Origin: an uncultured Acidobacteriota bacterium
Lineage (GTDB): Bacteria > Acidobacteriota > Vicinamibacteria > Vicinamibacterales > CAVPJW01
DNA: 64,000 nucleotides
NCBI GenBank assembly: GCA_963826865.1
Contig: CAWGYQ010000007.1
Coordinates: 103,725-167,724, forward strand
Reading direction: 5' to 3'
The position numbers were made by a program, and so were the translations under genes. Below the pieces are notes generated by a model. The model saw nothing but the letters and a program-made list of their open reading frames with translations. It searched no databases and was not told the origin of the DNA. Of the stretch, positions 32,307 to 43,234 are shown piece by piece (within the stretch, counting starts at the first letter, position 1; every line of letters begins with the position of its first letter).

Positions 32307-33728
32307 GTGTCCACAGAATTCAAGTTGCCCGAGCTTGGCGAGAACGTTCAGTCCGGAGATGTCCTGCGCATTCTGGTCAAGCCCGGCGACACCATCGCCC
32401 GCGATCAGCCGGTCGTCGAGCTCGAAACCGACAAAGCCACGATTGAAGTGCCATCGTCGGTCGCTGGCCGCGTGGTCGACCTCAAGGTGAAGACCGGGGA
32501 GAAGGTCAAGGTTGGCCAGGTGATTTTGACCGTTGACGAGGCAGGGGAGCCCCAGGCCGCGGCTGCCGCGACGCCATCTTCTTCGACACCAGAGAAGCCT
32601 TCATCACCACCGGCCGACGCCGCGGCGGCGACCAAGCCAGACCGAACCCGTGCCGTCGAACAGGCGGCCGAACCCTCGGGTGAGGACGACGACGAGGGCG
32701 ACGACGACGACGAACCATCATCCGTCCCCGAAGCGCCCGCCCCTCGTGCCCGGCGCGGCGAAGTCGTCGAGATGGCTCGCCCGCCGCGTCCGCAGGCCGA
32801 TTCCTCGTCCAGCGCGCCGTCTTCGGCGCGTCCCGCTGCACCCGCCGCGCCCTCGACGCGCCGGCTCGCGCGCGAGCTCGGCGTGGATATCGACGCCGTC
32901 GGAGGCAGCGGACCAGAGGGGCGCATTTCGGTCGACGATGTGAAGGCGCATGCCAAGAAGCTCCTGAGTCGCGGCGGGACCGACCGCGCGTCGGCGGGCG
33001 AGCCGCTCCCGGACTTCAGCAGATGGGGCGCGGTCGAGCGCAAGCCGCTTCGAGGGGTCCGTCGCAAGACGGCCCAGCACCTGGCTCACGCGTGGGCCAC
33101 CATTCCGCACGTCACCCAGTACAATCGCGCCGACATCACCACCCTCGACGCGACGCGGCAGAAGTACGCCAAGCAAGTGGAAGACGCCGGCGGCGCGCTG
33201 ACGCTCACGGCCATCGCCACCAAGGTGATTGCCGCCGCGCTGAAAGTATTTCCGCAGTTCAACGCTTCGATCGACATGGCCAACGAGGAGCTGATCGAGA
33301 AAAAGTACGTGCACGTCGGCGTCGCAGTCGACACCGAGCGCGGCCTCCTCGTCCCCGTCATCCGCGACGCCGACCAGAAGAACCTCGTGGCGATCTCCCG
33401 CGAGCTGACTGATCTGTCCGCCCGCGCGCGCGAGGGCAAGCTCACCCTCGAGGAGATGCAGGGCGGTTCCATCAGCATCTCGAATCTCGGGGGGATCGGC
33501 GGAACGGCGTTTTCGCCAATCGTCAACGCGCCCGAGGTGGCCATCCTGGGCATCGCCCGAGCCAGCATGCAGCCCGTCTTCATCGACGGGCAGTTCCAGC
33601 CCAGATTGCTGCTCCCCTTGTCGTTGTCCTACGACCATCGTGTCATCGACGGCGCCGATGCGGTCCGCTTCCTGCGGTGGGTGATCGAGGCCCTTGAACA
33701 GCCACTCGTGATCAGCCTCTTCGGATGA
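32307..33728 (+). CDS. aceF: dihydrolipoamide acetyltransferase (E2)
   Basis: Lipoyl domain ELETDKATIEVPS, Ala/Pro/acidic linker, E3-binding segment PSTRRLARELGVD, catalytic domain ending LSLSYDHRVIDGA. Confidence 0.92.
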   Translation: MSTEFKLPELGENVQSGDVLRILVKPGDTIARDQPVVELETDKATIEVPSSVAGRVVDLKVKTGEKVKVGQVILTVDEAGEPQAAAAATPSSSTPEKPSSPPADAAAATKPDRTRAVEQAAEPSGEDDDEGDDDDEPSSVPEAPAPRARRGEVVEMARPPRPQADSSSSAPSSARPAAPAAPSTRRLARELGVDIDAVGGSGPEGRISVDDVKAHAKKLLSRGGTDRASAGEPLPDFSRWGAVERKPLRGVRRKTAQHLAHAWATIPHVTQYNRADITTLDATRQKYAKQVEDAGGALTLTAIATKVIAAALKVFPQFNASIDMANEELIEKKYVHVGVAVDTERGLLVPVIRDADQKNLVAISRELTDLSARAREGKLTLEEMQGGSISISNLGGIGGTAFSPIVNAPEVAILGIARASMQPVFIDGQFQPRLLLPLSLSYDHRVIDGADAVRFLRWVIEALEQPLVISLFG

Positions 33729-33767
33729 CGCGGCGGACGATCACTCTGGCCTCGCGATCCGAATGAC

Positions 33768-35204
33768 ATGACCACTCGCCAAACACGGCTTGCTGTGCTC
33801 GGTGCCGGCCCCGGGGGCTACGCGGCCGCGTTCCTTGCCGCCGATCTGGGGTTTCAGGTCACGCTGATCGATCGCGAAGCCAATCCCGGAGGTGTCTGCC
33901 TGTATCGAGGGTGCATCCCATCGAAGGCGCTGCTTCACGTGGCGCGCGTCATCGACGAGGCGTCCCATGCCGAGCGCTGGGGCGTGCGGTTCGCAAAGCC
34001 CGACATTCAGGTCGAGCGCGTGCGCGGTTGGAAGGACGAGGTCGTGCAGAAGATGACCGGAGGGCTCGGGGTGCTCTCCCGGCAGCGGCGCGTTCGCTAC
34101 GTTCAGGGTGAGGCGTCGCTGGTCAATCCGAACACGTTTCGAGTCCAGCCGGCAGCCAAGAAAGGTGAGGGGCCGGAAGACGTCGCCTTCGACTACGCCG
34201 TCCTGGCCACGGGGTCGCGTCCCTCGTCGGTCCCGGCGCTGTCGATTGACAGCCCCCGCGTGCTCGACTCGACCTCCGCCCTCGATCTGGAGAACATCCC
34301 GCGGACGCTGCTCGTCGTTGGGGGAGGCTACATCGGCTTGGAGCTCGGGACGGTCTACGCCGCGCTTGGCAGCGCCGTTTCAGTCGTCGAGATGACGCCG
34401 GGCTTGCTTCCCGGCGCCGATCGCGATCTCGTGGCAGTGCTTTCGCGACGAATCGAGAAGATGTGTCATGCGGTCATGCTCAACACGCGAGTCACCAAGG
34501 TGGCCGACACCGGATCCAGTCTTCGAGTGAGCTTCGAGGGTCCCAGCCTCGACCGTCCCGAGCAGGAGTTCGAGAAAGTGCTCGTCGCGGTCGGACGACG
34601 GCCCAACTCGGCCATCCCGGGGCTGGAAGGCACGCGGGTGGAGCTCGACCCACGCGGCTTCATCAAGGTCGACTCGCAGCGGCGAACGGGCGAGCCGTCG
34701 CTCTTCGCGATTGGGGACGTTGCCGGCGAGCCGATGCTCGCCCACAAGGCATCGCACGAGGCCCGAGTCGCTGTGGAGACGATGGCCGGACACAAGGCGG
34801 CGTTCGACCCGCGGGCCATTCCCGCGGTGGTGTTCACCGATCCCGAGATCGCGTGGTGCGGAGTGACCGAGGCCCAGGCCGCCCTAGCGAAGCAGCCTGT
34901 CCAGATTGCCAAGTTCCCATGGGGAGCCTCGGGTCGTGCCACCACACTGGACCGCTCAGACGGCTTGACCAAGCTGGTCGTCGATCCGGCCACCGAGCGC
35001 GTGCTCGGCGTCGGCATTGTCGGGCCCGGCGCCGGCGAGCTGATTGCCGAAGGGGTGCTGGCCATCGAAATGGGTGCCGTGGTGCGGGATCTCGCGCTGA
35101 CGATCCACGCCCATCCAACGCTCTCGGAAACGCTCATGGAGGCGGCCGAGGTGTTTTTCGGCCAGGCCACGCACTACTACCGGCCAAAACGGGAACAGGC
35201 CTAA
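33768..35204 (+). CDS. lpd: dihydrolipoyl dehydrogenase (E3)
   Basis: GAGPGGYAAA, redox-active GGVCLYRGCIPSK, second Rossmann motif VVGGGYIGLELG, C-terminal HAHPTLSE. Confidence 0.92.
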   Translation: MTTRQTRLAVLGAGPGGYAAAFLAADLGFQVTLIDREANPGGVCLYRGCIPSKALLHVARVIDEASHAERWGVRFAKPDIQVERVRGWKDEVVQKMTGGLGVLSRQRRVRYVQGEASLVNPNTFRVQPAAKKGEGPEDVAFDYAVLATGSRPSSVPALSIDSPRVLDSTSALDLENIPRTLLVVGGGYIGLELGTVYAALGSAVSVVEMTPGLLPGADRDLVAVLSRRIEKMCHAVMLNTRVTKVADTGSSLRVSFEGPSLDRPEQEFEKVLVAVGRRPNSAIPGLEGTRVELDPRGFIKVDSQRRTGEPSLFAIGDVAGEPMLAHKASHEARVAVETMAGHKAAFDPRAIPAVVFTDPEIAWCGVTEAQAALAKQPVQIAKFPWGASGRATTLDRSDGLTKLVVDPATERVLGVGIVGPGAGELIAEGVLAIEMGAVVRDLALTIHAHPTLSETLMEAAEVFFGQATHYYRPKREQA

Positions 35205-35241
35205 TATTAGAATTTATTATCTAATCGTAAGAAATATAACT

Positions 35242-35271
35242 TTGACGCGTCACGACCGGCCGGACTATAAC
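35242..35271 (+). promoter_or_regulatory. putative sigma70-type promoter for the pheA-ilv cluster
   Basis: TTGACG (35242-35247), 18-nt spacer, TATAAC (35266-35271). It sits at the edge of a conspicuous AT-rich patch (35202-35262), about 225 nt upstream of pheA. Confidence 0.35.
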
Positions 35272-35495
35272 CAGCAGACCAGAGCGGATTGACTTCGTGC
35301 GCGCCCTCATTTTCCTCGCTCGTGGCGTCGTCGTCGTTATCGGCGGCCGGTTCCGGCCGCACGAGACGAGCGGATGATTTGCCGGTTGGACGCGTGAGGG
35401 ACGACAACGGGCCATCATCCGATAAAGGGTGTGGCCCTTTTGCTTTTTATGTGGGGACCCCGGTGGGTCGCGCGGGATGAGAGTGAGGCACGGCG

Positions 35496-36380
35496 GTGCG
35501 CATCGCGTATCAAGGTGAGCCAGGCGCCTTCAGCGAAGCGGCGGGGTTGCGTTTCAAGGCTGATGCCGAGATGCGCCCGTCGGAGACCTTCGACCAGGTG
35601 TTCGCGGCCGTTCAGAGCGGCAAGGTCTCGCACGGCATTCTGCCCATCGAGAACTCGATCGGCGGCAGCATTCATCGCAACTACGACCTGCTGATCGAGC
35701 ACGACCTGCCGATTGTGGGTGAAATCGAAGTCCGCATCGTCCATCACCTGCTCGCGTATCCGGGCACGACACTCGAGCAGATCAAGCGCATCTTCTCGCA
35801 TCCCCAGGCTCTCGCGCAGTGCGAGCACTTCCTCAGATCGATGCCGCACGTCGAGGTGGTCGCCACCTATGACACGGCCGGCAGCGCCAAAATGATCCGC
35901 GAGAAGGGTCTCAGGGACGCGGCGGCGATCGCGTCTGAACGCGCGGCGGAAGTGTTCGATCTGACGATCCTCAAGTCGGGCATCCAGGACTTCGACGACA
36001 ATATCACTCGGTTTCTGCTCGTCGGCCGTGCGGCGACGCCGCTCGGCGTGCCAGACAAGACCACGGTCGTCTTCACGATGGAACGCAATGAGCCGGGCTC
36101 GCTGTTCAAAGCGCTCAGCGTGTTCGCGCTGAGGAACATCGATCTGACCAAGCTGGAATCGAGGCCGCTTCGCGGGAAGCCCTGGGAGTACCTCTTCTAC
36201 GTAGACGTGGCGGCGGGCCGCGAGGATCTGCCGTGCGCGCGGGCGCTGGTTCATCTGGCCGAGTTCGCCCGATCGCTCCGCACGCTTGGCTCGTATCCGA
36301 GCTGGCGACAGCGCGAGGCTGAGGAAGCCAAAGCGGCCGTGCGGGCCTCGGCCGCCGTGGCGGGGCAGGAGCCCAGATGA
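35496..36380 (+). CDS. pheA: prephenate dehydratase
   Basis: GTG start giving [16 protein letters not shown] domain with TRFLLV, then an ACT domain with ESRP ([21 protein letters not shown]). Confidence 0.9.
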   Translation: MRIAYQGEPGAFSEAAGLRFKADAEMRPSETFDQVFAAVQSGKVSHGILPIENSIGGSIHRNYDLLIEHDLPIVGEIEVRIVHHLLAYPGTTLEQIKRIFSHPQALAQCEHFLRSMPHVEVVATYDTAGSAKMIREKGLRDAAAIASERAAEVFDLTILKSGIQDFDDNITRFLLVGRAATPLGVPDKTTVVFTMERNEPGSLFKALSVFALRNIDLTKLESRPLRGKPWEYLFYVDVAAGREDLPCARALVHLAEFARSLRTLGSYPSWRQREAEEAKAAVRASAAVAGQEPR

Positions 36381-38053
36381 GCGAGCAGGCGGGTCAGCCG
36401 CGGAGCGCGGCGTTGACACAGGGCATCTCGCGTGCGCCGGCGCGGGCGATGTTGAAGGCCGTCGGATTCACGGACGACGACCTGAGGCGGCCGATCATCG
36501 GCATCGCCAACACGTGGATCGAGATCGGTCCCTGCAACTTCCACCTGCGCCAGGTGGCTCACGCCGTGAAGGAAGGCGTGCGTGCCGCGGGCGGCACGCC
36601 GATGGAGTTCAACACCGTCTCGATCTCCGACGGGATCACGATGGGTTGCGAGGGCATGCGCACGTCCCTCGTCAGCCGCGAAGTGATTGCCGACTCCATC
36701 GAGCTCGTGGCGCGCGGCAACCTGTTCGACGGCATCGTGGCGCTCGCAGGTTGCGACAAGACGATTCCAGGCACGGTGATGGCGCTGGCGCGCCTGAACG
36801 TGCCCGGGCTGGTGCTCTACGGCGGTTCGATTGCGCCGGGTCATGTGGGTGGGCGCGACATCACGATTCAGGATGTGTTCGAAGCCGTCGGGGCGGTGGG
36901 AGCAGGAAAGATCACCAACCAGCAATTTCTCGACATCGAGAACCATGCGTGTCCCGGTCCGGGCGCCTGCGGCGGCCAGTTCACGGCGAACACGATGGCC
37001 ACCGTGTGCGAATTTCTCGGCATCTCGCCGATGGGAAGTGCCAGCGTTCCGGCCATGGACCCGCACCGGGACGGCGTAGCCAGACGGGCGGGCGAGCTGG
37101 TCCTCGACCTGGTGCGTCGTGATCTCAAGCCGCGCGCCGTGATCACGCGCGAGTCCATCGAGAACGCCATCGCGTCTGTGGCGGCCACGGGCGGCTCGAC
37201 GAATGCCGTGCTTCACCTGCTGGCGATCGCCCGAGAGGCAGGCGTGGTCCTGGACATCGACGATTTCGATCGCGTGAGCGCCCGCGTGCCGCTCCTGGCC
37301 GATCTGAAGCCTTCGGGGCGCTTCGTGGCCACCGACCTCTATCGTGCCGGCGGATCGGCGCTGGTGGCGCGGCGCCTCAGCGAAGCGGGGCTGCTCCATG
37401 CCGATGCCGTCACCGTCACCGGGCGGACCATTGGCGCGGAAGCTGCCGAGGCGCGCGAGACCCCCGGGCAGGAGGTCGTCAGGCCGAACGACCGCCCACT
37501 CAGTCCGTGGGGCGGTCTCGTGATTCTCAGGGGCAACCTGGCGCCCGAGGGCGCGGTCGTCAAGGTAGCCGGCCACGAGCTATGGCGCCACCGCGGCCCG
37601 GCGCGGGTGTTCGACAGCGAAGAGGCGACGTTCGAGGCCGTTCAGCGCGGCGTCGTCCGCGCCGGCGACGTCGTGGTCATCCGGTACGAGGGTCCGCGCG
37701 GCGGACCAGGAATGCGCGAGATGCTCGCCGTCACCGCCGCCATCGTCGGCGCGGGGCTCGGCGATTCGGTGGCGCTCCTGACGGATGGTCGGTTTTCTGG
37801 CGCCACTCACGGGCTGATGGCGGGTCATGTGGCGCCGGAGGCGGCCGTGGGCGGCCCCATTGCCGCCGTGCGTGATGGCGACATGATCGTGTTCGACATT
37901 CCGGCGCGCCGGCTCACCGTCGAGTTGTCCGACGCGGAGTTGTCGGCGCGACTGGCCGCCTGGACGGCGCCACGCGCGCGCTTCGAGAGTGGCGTCATGG
38001 CGAAGTACGCCCGTTTGGTGTCGTCGGCGGCGATCGGTGCGGTGACGGGGTGA
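36377..38053 (+). CDS. ilvD: dihydroxy-acid dehydratase
   Basis: 558 aa. [50 protein letters not shown] overlap with pheA. Confidence 0.93.
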   Translation: MSEQAGQPRSAALTQGISRAPARAMLKAVGFTDDDLRRPIIGIANTWIEIGPCNFHLRQVAHAVKEGVRAAGGTPMEFNTVSISDGITMGCEGMRTSLVSREVIADSIELVARGNLFDGIVALAGCDKTIPGTVMALARLNVPGLVLYGGSIAPGHVGGRDITIQDVFEAVGAVGAGKITNQQFLDIENHACPGPGACGGQFTANTMATVCEFLGISPMGSASVPAMDPHRDGVARRAGELVLDLVRRDLKPRAVITRESIENAIASVAATGGSTNAVLHLLAIAREAGVVLDIDDFDRVSARVPLLADLKPSGRFVATDLYRAGGSALVARRLSEAGLLHADAVTVTGRTIGAEAAEARETPGQEVVRPNDRPLSPWGGLVILRGNLAPEGAVVKVAGHELWRHRGPARVFDSEEATFEAVQRGVVRAGDVVVIRYEGPRGGPGMREMLAVTAAIVGAGLGDSVALLTDGRFSGATHGLMAGHVAPEAAVGGPIAAVRDGDMIVFDIPARRLTVELSDAELSARLAAWTAPRARFESGVMAKYARLVSSAAIGAVTG

Positions 38054-38065
38054 GGAGTGTCAGTC

Positions 38066-39814
38066 ATGCCTAAGAAAACCGGCGCACAGATCCTGTGGGA
38101 ATGCCTCGTCAACGAGGGTGTGACGACCGTGTTCGGGTATCCGGGCGGCGCGATTCTGCCTGCGTATGACGCCATGCTCGCCTATCCCATCCACCACGTC
38201 CTCGTTCGTCACGAGCAGGGCGCCACCCACATGGCGGACGGGTATGCGCGCGCCAGCGGGCGGGTCGGCGTTGCCGTGGCCACCTCGGGCCCGGGCGCCA
38301 CGAACATGGTCACCGGGATCGCGACGGCGATGATGGACTCGGTGCCCATTGTCTGCATCACCGGCCAGGTTGGCAGCAAGCTCATTGGCTCCGACGCGTT
38401 TCAGGAGACCGACATCACGGGCATCACCCTGCCGATCACCAAGCACAACTATTTGGTCACCCGGGCCGAGGACGTGGCGCCTGCTGTCCGCGAGGCGTTC
38501 TACATCGCGGCGTCTGGACGCCCGGGTCCCGTGCTCATCGACATCACCAAGGACGCGCAGCAGTCGTCAGCGGAGTTCGACTGGGAAGCGGCCGCACCGA
38601 AGCCGGCGGGGTACCGCCCCGATCACCGCCCGCGCAGGGCAGACGTCAAGGCCGCTTTGGATCTCATCAACGGCGCCAAGCGTCCGCTGATCCTCGCGGG
38701 TCACGGCATCATGCTCTCGGGCGCGGGCGACGTCGTCGTCAGGTTTGCCGAGAAGGCACACGTGCCGATTGCCATGACGCTGCTCGGCATCGGGGGCGTG
38801 GCCGCCTCGCATCCGTTGAACCTCGGCATGATGGGGATGCACGGCGAGGCATGGGTGAACACGGCCATACAGGAGGCCGATCTGCTGCTCGCGTTCGGCA
38901 TGCGGTTCGATGATCGGGTGACGGGAAACATCAAGACCTACGCGCCGAATGCGAAGAAGGTCCATATCGATATCGACCCGGCCGAGATCGGCAAGAACGT
39001 CGCGGTGGATGCCGGCCTCGTCGGCGACCTTCGCGACATCCTGGAGGAGCTGCTGCCAGGGGTGGCGAAGGGTGATCGATCGGACTGGCTCCAGCACATC
39101 GACGACCTGAAGGGAGATGCGGCGGTTCGCGACATTCAGAACCTGCCCGACAACGGACACCTGTACGCCGCCCATGTGGTGAACGATCTGTGGCGTCTCA
39201 CCAATGGCGCGGCGATTGTGGTGACCGACGTTGGTCAGCACCAGATGTGGGAAGCGCAGTACTACAAGCACGAGTCGCCGCGAACGCTCATCACCTCGGG
39301 CGGGCTGGGCACGATGGGCTTTGCGCTCCCGGCCGCGATTGGCGCCAAATTCGCGTGCCCGGAATCGGAGGTCTGGGTGGTGGCTGGCGACGGAGGCTTT
39401 CAGATGACCCAGGCCGAGCTGGCGACCATTGCGCAGGAGCACCTGGACATCAAGGTGGCCATCATCAACAACGGCTATCTGGGCATGGTGCGGCAGTGGC
39501 AGGAGTTCTTTTACGAGAAGCGATACGCGGCGACCCCTTTGCTCAGCCCGGATTTCTCGAAGCTGGCCGAGGCCTACGGCCTGGTGGGGATGACGGTGAC
39601 GAAGCGCGACGAAGTGGCACCGGCCGTGAACGCGGCGCGGGCTCATCGCGGCGCCGTGGTCCTCGATTTCCAGGTGGAGCAGGAGGACTCGGTCTATCCG
39701 ATGGTTCCTGCCGGCGCCGACCTGGACAAGATGATTCGGCGTCCCGAGCCGACGCCGCTGGCCGAGACCGGAGCGGATCCGGTGGAGGTCGAAATCGAAC
39801 GCGTGGGTGACTGA
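38066..39814 (+). CDS. ilvB: acetolactate synthase large subunit
   Basis: ATG 38066 with GAGGAG 8 nt upstream (the ORF opens at GTG 38057). GYPGGAILP, TSGPGATN, ThDP motif GDGGFQMTQAELAT...NNGYLGMV. Confidence 0.93.
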   Translation: MPKKTGAQILWECLVNEGVTTVFGYPGGAILPAYDAMLAYPIHHVLVRHEQGATHMADGYARASGRVGVAVATSGPGATNMVTGIATAMMDSVPIVCITGQVGSKLIGSDAFQETDITGITLPITKHNYLVTRAEDVAPAVREAFYIAASGRPGPVLIDITKDAQQSSAEFDWEAAAPKPAGYRPDHRPRRADVKAALDLINGAKRPLILAGHGIMLSGAGDVVVRFAEKAHVPIAMTLLGIGGVAASHPLNLGMMGMHGEAWVNTAIQEADLLLAFGMRFDDRVTGNIKTYAPNAKKVHIDIDPAEIGKNVAVDAGLVGDLRDILEELLPGVAKGDRSDWLQHIDDLKGDAAVRDIQNLPDNGHLYAAHVVNDLWRLTNGAAIVVTDVGQHQMWEAQYYKHESPRTLITSGGLGTMGFALPAAIGAKFACPESEVWVVAGDGGFQMTQAELATIAQEHLDIKVAIINNGYLGMVRQWQEFFYEKRYAATPLLSPDFSKLAEAYGLVGMTVTKRDEVAPAVNAARAHRGAVVLDFQVEQEDSVYPMVPAGADLDKMIRRPEPTPLAETGADPVEVEIERVGD

Positions 39815-40392
39815 TGGCCAAGAACTTCAAGACTCTTCGCACCGTGGTCGTGCTCGTCGAAGACCGTCCGGGTGTGCTCAACCGGGTCGCCTCGCTGTTC
39901 AGACGGCGTGCGTTCAACATCGAGTCGCTGACGGTCGGCCGCACCGAGGCCGCGGGCATCTCGCGTATGACCATCGTGGTGAACACCGACGAAGCCGGCG
40001 CGCGACGCCTGGAAGCACACCTCTACAAGCTGGTGAACGTGCTGAAAATCGACGATCTGACTGAGGAGTCGGCCGTGTCGCGCGATCTGGCCATGATCAA
40101 GGTGGCGGCCAATGCGGAATCGCGGTCGCACGTCATGCAGCTCGTCAACGTGTTCCGCGCCCGCGTCGTGGATGTCTCGCCAGATTCTCTGATCATCGAA
40201 ACGACCGGGACCGAGGAGAAGATCGACGGGCTCGTCGAGATGCTCATGCCGTACGGTGTGATTGAGATGGCGCGGACGGGCCGCGTCTCGATGGCGCGTG
40301 GCGCGCACGGCCTCGAATCGCACGTCATCACGTCGGGCTCCCTGCCGGGCGACGAAGGCTCCGGCGAGGATCACGTGTCGTACTCGGTATAG
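39814..40392 (+). CDS. ilvN: acetolactate synthase small (regulatory) subunit
   Basis: 192 aa. ACT domain [33 protein letters not shown] overlap with ilvB. Confidence 0.9.
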   Translation: MAKNFKTLRTVVVLVEDRPGVLNRVASLFRRRAFNIESLTVGRTEAAGISRMTIVVNTDEAGARRLEAHLYKLVNVLKIDDLTEESAVSRDLAMIKVAANAESRSHVMQLVNVFRARVVDVSPDSLIIETTGTEEKIDGLVEMLMPYGVIEMARTGRVSMARGAHGLESHVITSGSLPGDEGSGEDHVSYSV

Positions 40393-40481
40393 GCTCGTTT
40401 GCTGTTATTTTCGGCCGCCCAGGCTTCTCCTTATTCACTCCGCCGGCCGTGTGCCGGCGATTCGCGCCCGAGGGTGTTGCG

Positions 40482-41501
40482 TTGACAACGATCTACTACG
40501 AAAGCTCGGCCGATCCCGAACTCATCAAGCAGAAGCGCGTGGGTATCATCGGGTACGGATCACAGGGACATGCGCACGCCCTCAATCTGACGGACAGTGG
40601 CGTGAGCGTCAGGGTGGGCTTGCCCGAAGGCAGTCGCTCGCGCGCAAAGGCACAGGCCGCGGGGCTCGTCGTCCAGGACCCGGCTGCCGTTGCCGAATGG
40701 GCCGACGTCATCATGATTCTGGTGCCGGATACCCGTCAGCCGGCGCTTTACCGGGACGCGATCAAGCCGCACCTCACCGCCGGCAAGATGCTGATGTTTG
40801 CCCACGGCTTCAATATCCGCTTCGACACCATTCAACCGCCCGCCGACGTCGACGTCACCATGGTCGCGCCCAAGGCGCCCGGTCACCGCGTTCGTGAAGT
40901 GTTCATCGAGGGCGGGGGCACTCCCTCACTCCTCGCCGTCCATCAGGACGCGACAGGTCACGCGAAAGCGCTGGCGCTGTCCTACGCCCGTGCGCTCGGC
41001 GCCACGCGAGCCGGAGTGCTCGAGACCACCTTCACGGAGGAGACGGAGACCGATCTCTTTGGAGAGCAGGCCGTGCTCTGCGGAGGTGTCAGCGCGCTCG
41101 TCAAGGCGGGCTTCCAGACACTCGTCGATGCGGGCTACCAGCCGGAGATCGCCTATTTCGAATGCCTGCACGAGCTGAAGCTCATCGTCGATCTGATGTA
41201 CCAAGGCGGATTGAACTACATGCGCTACTCGGTGAGCGACACGGCCGAATACGGCGACTACACCGGCGGTCCGCGCATCGTCACCGACGAGACGCGCGCC
41301 GAGATGCGCCGCATGCTCGACGAGATTCGGAACGGCGCGTATGCGCGGACGTGGATTGCCGAGAACGAGAAGGGCCGCCCCTCCTTCAACGCCATGCGAC
41401 GCAAGGAGCAGGATCAACTGATCGAGCGCGTCGGAGCTGAGCTCAGAAGCATGATGCCCTTCCTGAACCCCGTCACCGTGAAGCCAGACGAACAGGGGTA
41501 G
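40482..41501 (+). CDS. ilvC: ketol-acid reductoisomerase
   Basis: ORF opens at GTG 40449. A TTG at 40482 gives the typical N-terminus (M)[45 protein letters not shown]. Confidence 0.9.
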   Translation: MTTIYYESSADPELIKQKRVGIIGYGSQGHAHALNLTDSGVSVRVGLPEGSRSRAKAQAAGLVVQDPAAVAEWADVIMILVPDTRQPALYRDAIKPHLTAGKMLMFAHGFNIRFDTIQPPADVDVTMVAPKAPGHRVREVFIEGGGTPSLLAVHQDATGHAKALALSYARALGATRAGVLETTFTEETETDLFGEQAVLCGGVSALVKAGFQTLVDAGYQPEIAYFECLHELKLIVDLMYQGGLNYMRYSVSDTAEYGDYTGGPRIVTDETRAEMRRMLDEIRNGAYARTWIAENEKGRPSFNAMRRKEQDQLIERVGAELRSMMPFLNPVTVKPDEQG

Positions 41502-41521
41502 AGAAAAGCCGGCGACGCGTT

Positions 41522-42238
41522 TCACGCTGAGCGCGATATATCGAGCCGGGCCTGCCTGAAGATCCCTTCGAGCATCGGAGCGGTCAGCCTTCCCGTGTTC
41601 GTGTTCTGCCGGCTGGGGTGGTAGGACGCAATCAGCGTGGGCGCGCCTTCGTGCGCGTAGCGTCGGCCGTGGGCAAACGCCGGCCTGGGTCGTGGCAGCG
41701 TGGCCTCGCGTGACGGCTTCGCCCATCTCCCGCGGGCCACGAGCCTCCAGTAGGTCTCGAACGCAATTCGACCGAGCGCCACCACGACCTGCACACGCGG
41801 CAGTTCGCCGATTTCGGCTTCGAGATGGGAGAGACACGCGGCGAGCTCTTCAGGCAGGGGCTTGTTATCGGGCGGAGCACATCGCGCTGCCGCGACCAGA
41901 TACACATCCTCGAGCCGAAGCCCATCGTCCTGATGGCTGGATGTGGGGAGGCTCGCGTAGCCGCACCGGTGAAGTGCGGCCATCAGGAAGTCGCCGGATC
42001 CGCCCCGCCCATCACCCGTGAACATCCTTCCGGTACGGTTGGCGCCGTGCGCCGCAGGAGCCAGCGCGAGGATCAGCAGCCGCGCCCGTGGATCGCCGAA
42101 GCCCGGCACGGGTCTGCCCCAGTAGGTGTCATGCCGGTAGGCGGCCCTCTTCTCGCGAGCAATCCGCTGGCAATACTCGCGAAGCCTGGGGCATCGCGTG
42201 CAGCTGACGATCTGTCTCTGGACGCTGGCAAGCGACAT
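41522..42238 (-). CDS. uracil-DNA glycosylase superfamily protein (family 4/5, Fe-S type)
   Basis: 238 aa. CTRCPRL, LILALAPAAHGANRTGRMFTGD (family-5-like motif A), C-terminal SYHPSRQNTNTG. Confidence 0.8.
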   Translation of the reverse strand: MSLASVQRQIVSCTRCPRLREYCQRIAREKRAAYRHDTYWGRPVPGFGDPRARLLILALAPAAHGANRTGRMFTGDGRGGSGDFLMAALHRCGYASLPTSSHQDDGLRLEDVYLVAAARCAPPDNKPLPEELAACLSHLEAEIGELPRVQVVVALGRIAFETYWRLVARGRWAKPSREATLPRPRPAFAHGRRYAHEGAPTLIASYHPSRQNTNTGRLTAPMLEGIFRQARLDISRSA

Positions 42239-42247
42239 CGGCCGCGT

Positions 42248-43234
42248 TCAGGACGACGATTGGGTTCTGGCTTCGTACGCGTCGGCCTGTTCGTGCGCGT
42301 GGTAGGAGCTTCTCACGAGGGGGCCGGATTCGACGTGAACGAACCCCAGGTCGAGCGCCGCGCCTTTGAGGGCACGGAACTCGTCTGGATGGTAGTAGCG
42401 GCTCATCGGGGCGTGTGCGGCCGACGGGCGCAGGTACTGCCCGATCGTAAGGATGCTGCACCCCACTTGCCGGAGATCGGTGAACGTCGCGACGAGCTCG
42501 TCCCATTCTTCACCGAGACCAACCATGACGCCGGTCTTCGTCGGGACATCAGGCGCGTACACGCGCGACCGATCGAGCAGTTCCAGCGTGCGCGCATAAC
42601 GGCCGCCTGAGCGCGCCATTCGATACAGCCTCGGCACCGTCTCCGTATTGTGATTGAGCACGTCCGGGCGTGCGTCCAGCACGGTGTGCAACGCAGCCAG
42701 GTCGCCCTTGAAGTCAGGGATCAGTACTTCGATGCGGCAGGTCGGCACGCGACGCCGGGTCTGTCGAACCGTTTCGGCAAACGCCGACGCGCCGCCGTCG
42801 CTGAGATCGTCCCGATCGACCGAGGTGATGACGACGTAGCTCAACCCAAGCGCCTCGACAGCCGTTCCGACCCGTTCAGGCTCGAGGGGGTCGAGCGCGA
42901 GGGGCTTTCCGTGCGCGACTGCGCAATAGGCGCAGGCCCGCGTGCACACGTCCCCCAGAATCATGAACGTGGCGGTGCCGTGGTGCCAGCACTCGCCGAT
43001 GTTCGGACAGCGGGCCTCTTCACACACGGTGTGCAGATGAAGCTCGCGCATGAGCTCCTTGAGGCGCAGGTAGGCGGCCGAGCCCGGCGCGCGGACCTTC
43101 AGCCACTCGGGCTTCGGCTGGCGCGAGCCGATGAATGCGACGGGAGAGACGGTGTCCACTGGCTCAGATGTTAGCGTCTCGGCGCCTGAGTGTAAATTGA
43201 CTGCTCTCTCGTCCGGCCGGATAATCACCTGCAT
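42248..43234 (-). CDS. lipA: lipoyl synthase
   Basis: ORF 42248..43387. The probable start ATG 43234 (MQVIIRP...) sits about 41 aa before KPEWLKV. CEEARCPNIGECW and the radical SAM motif CTRACAYC. Confidence 0.9.
   Translation of the reverse strand: MQVIIRPDERAVNLHSGAETLTSEPVDTVSPVAFIGSRQPKPEWLKVRAPGSAAYLRLKELMRELHLHTVCEEARCPNIGECWHHGTATFMILGDVCTRACAYCAVAHGKPLALDPLEPERVGTAVEALGLSYVVITSVDRDDLSDGGASAFAETVRQTRRRVPTCRIEVLIPDFKGDLAALHTVLDARPDVLNHNTETVPRLYRMARSGGRYARTLELLDRSRVYAPDVPTKTGVMVGLGEEWDELVATFTDLRQVGCSILTIGQYLRPSAAHAPMSRYYHPDEFRALKGAALDLGFVHVESGPLVRSSYHAHEQADAYEARTQSSS

Noticed and set aside
35207-35418. Small minus-strand ORFs (66 and 65 aa) in the lpd-pheA intergenic region.
   Set aside because: One uses a TTG start and ends in the AT-rich patch. 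The other is Arg-rich. Neither has a recognisable RBS or motif, so the region is treated as regulatory or leader sequence.
43131-43232. Upstream extension of the boxC ORF (MNATGETVSTGSDVS...), starting at 43131.
   Set aside because: It overlaps lipA coding sequence on the other strand, and the family-typical BoxC N-terminus begins at ATG 43233.
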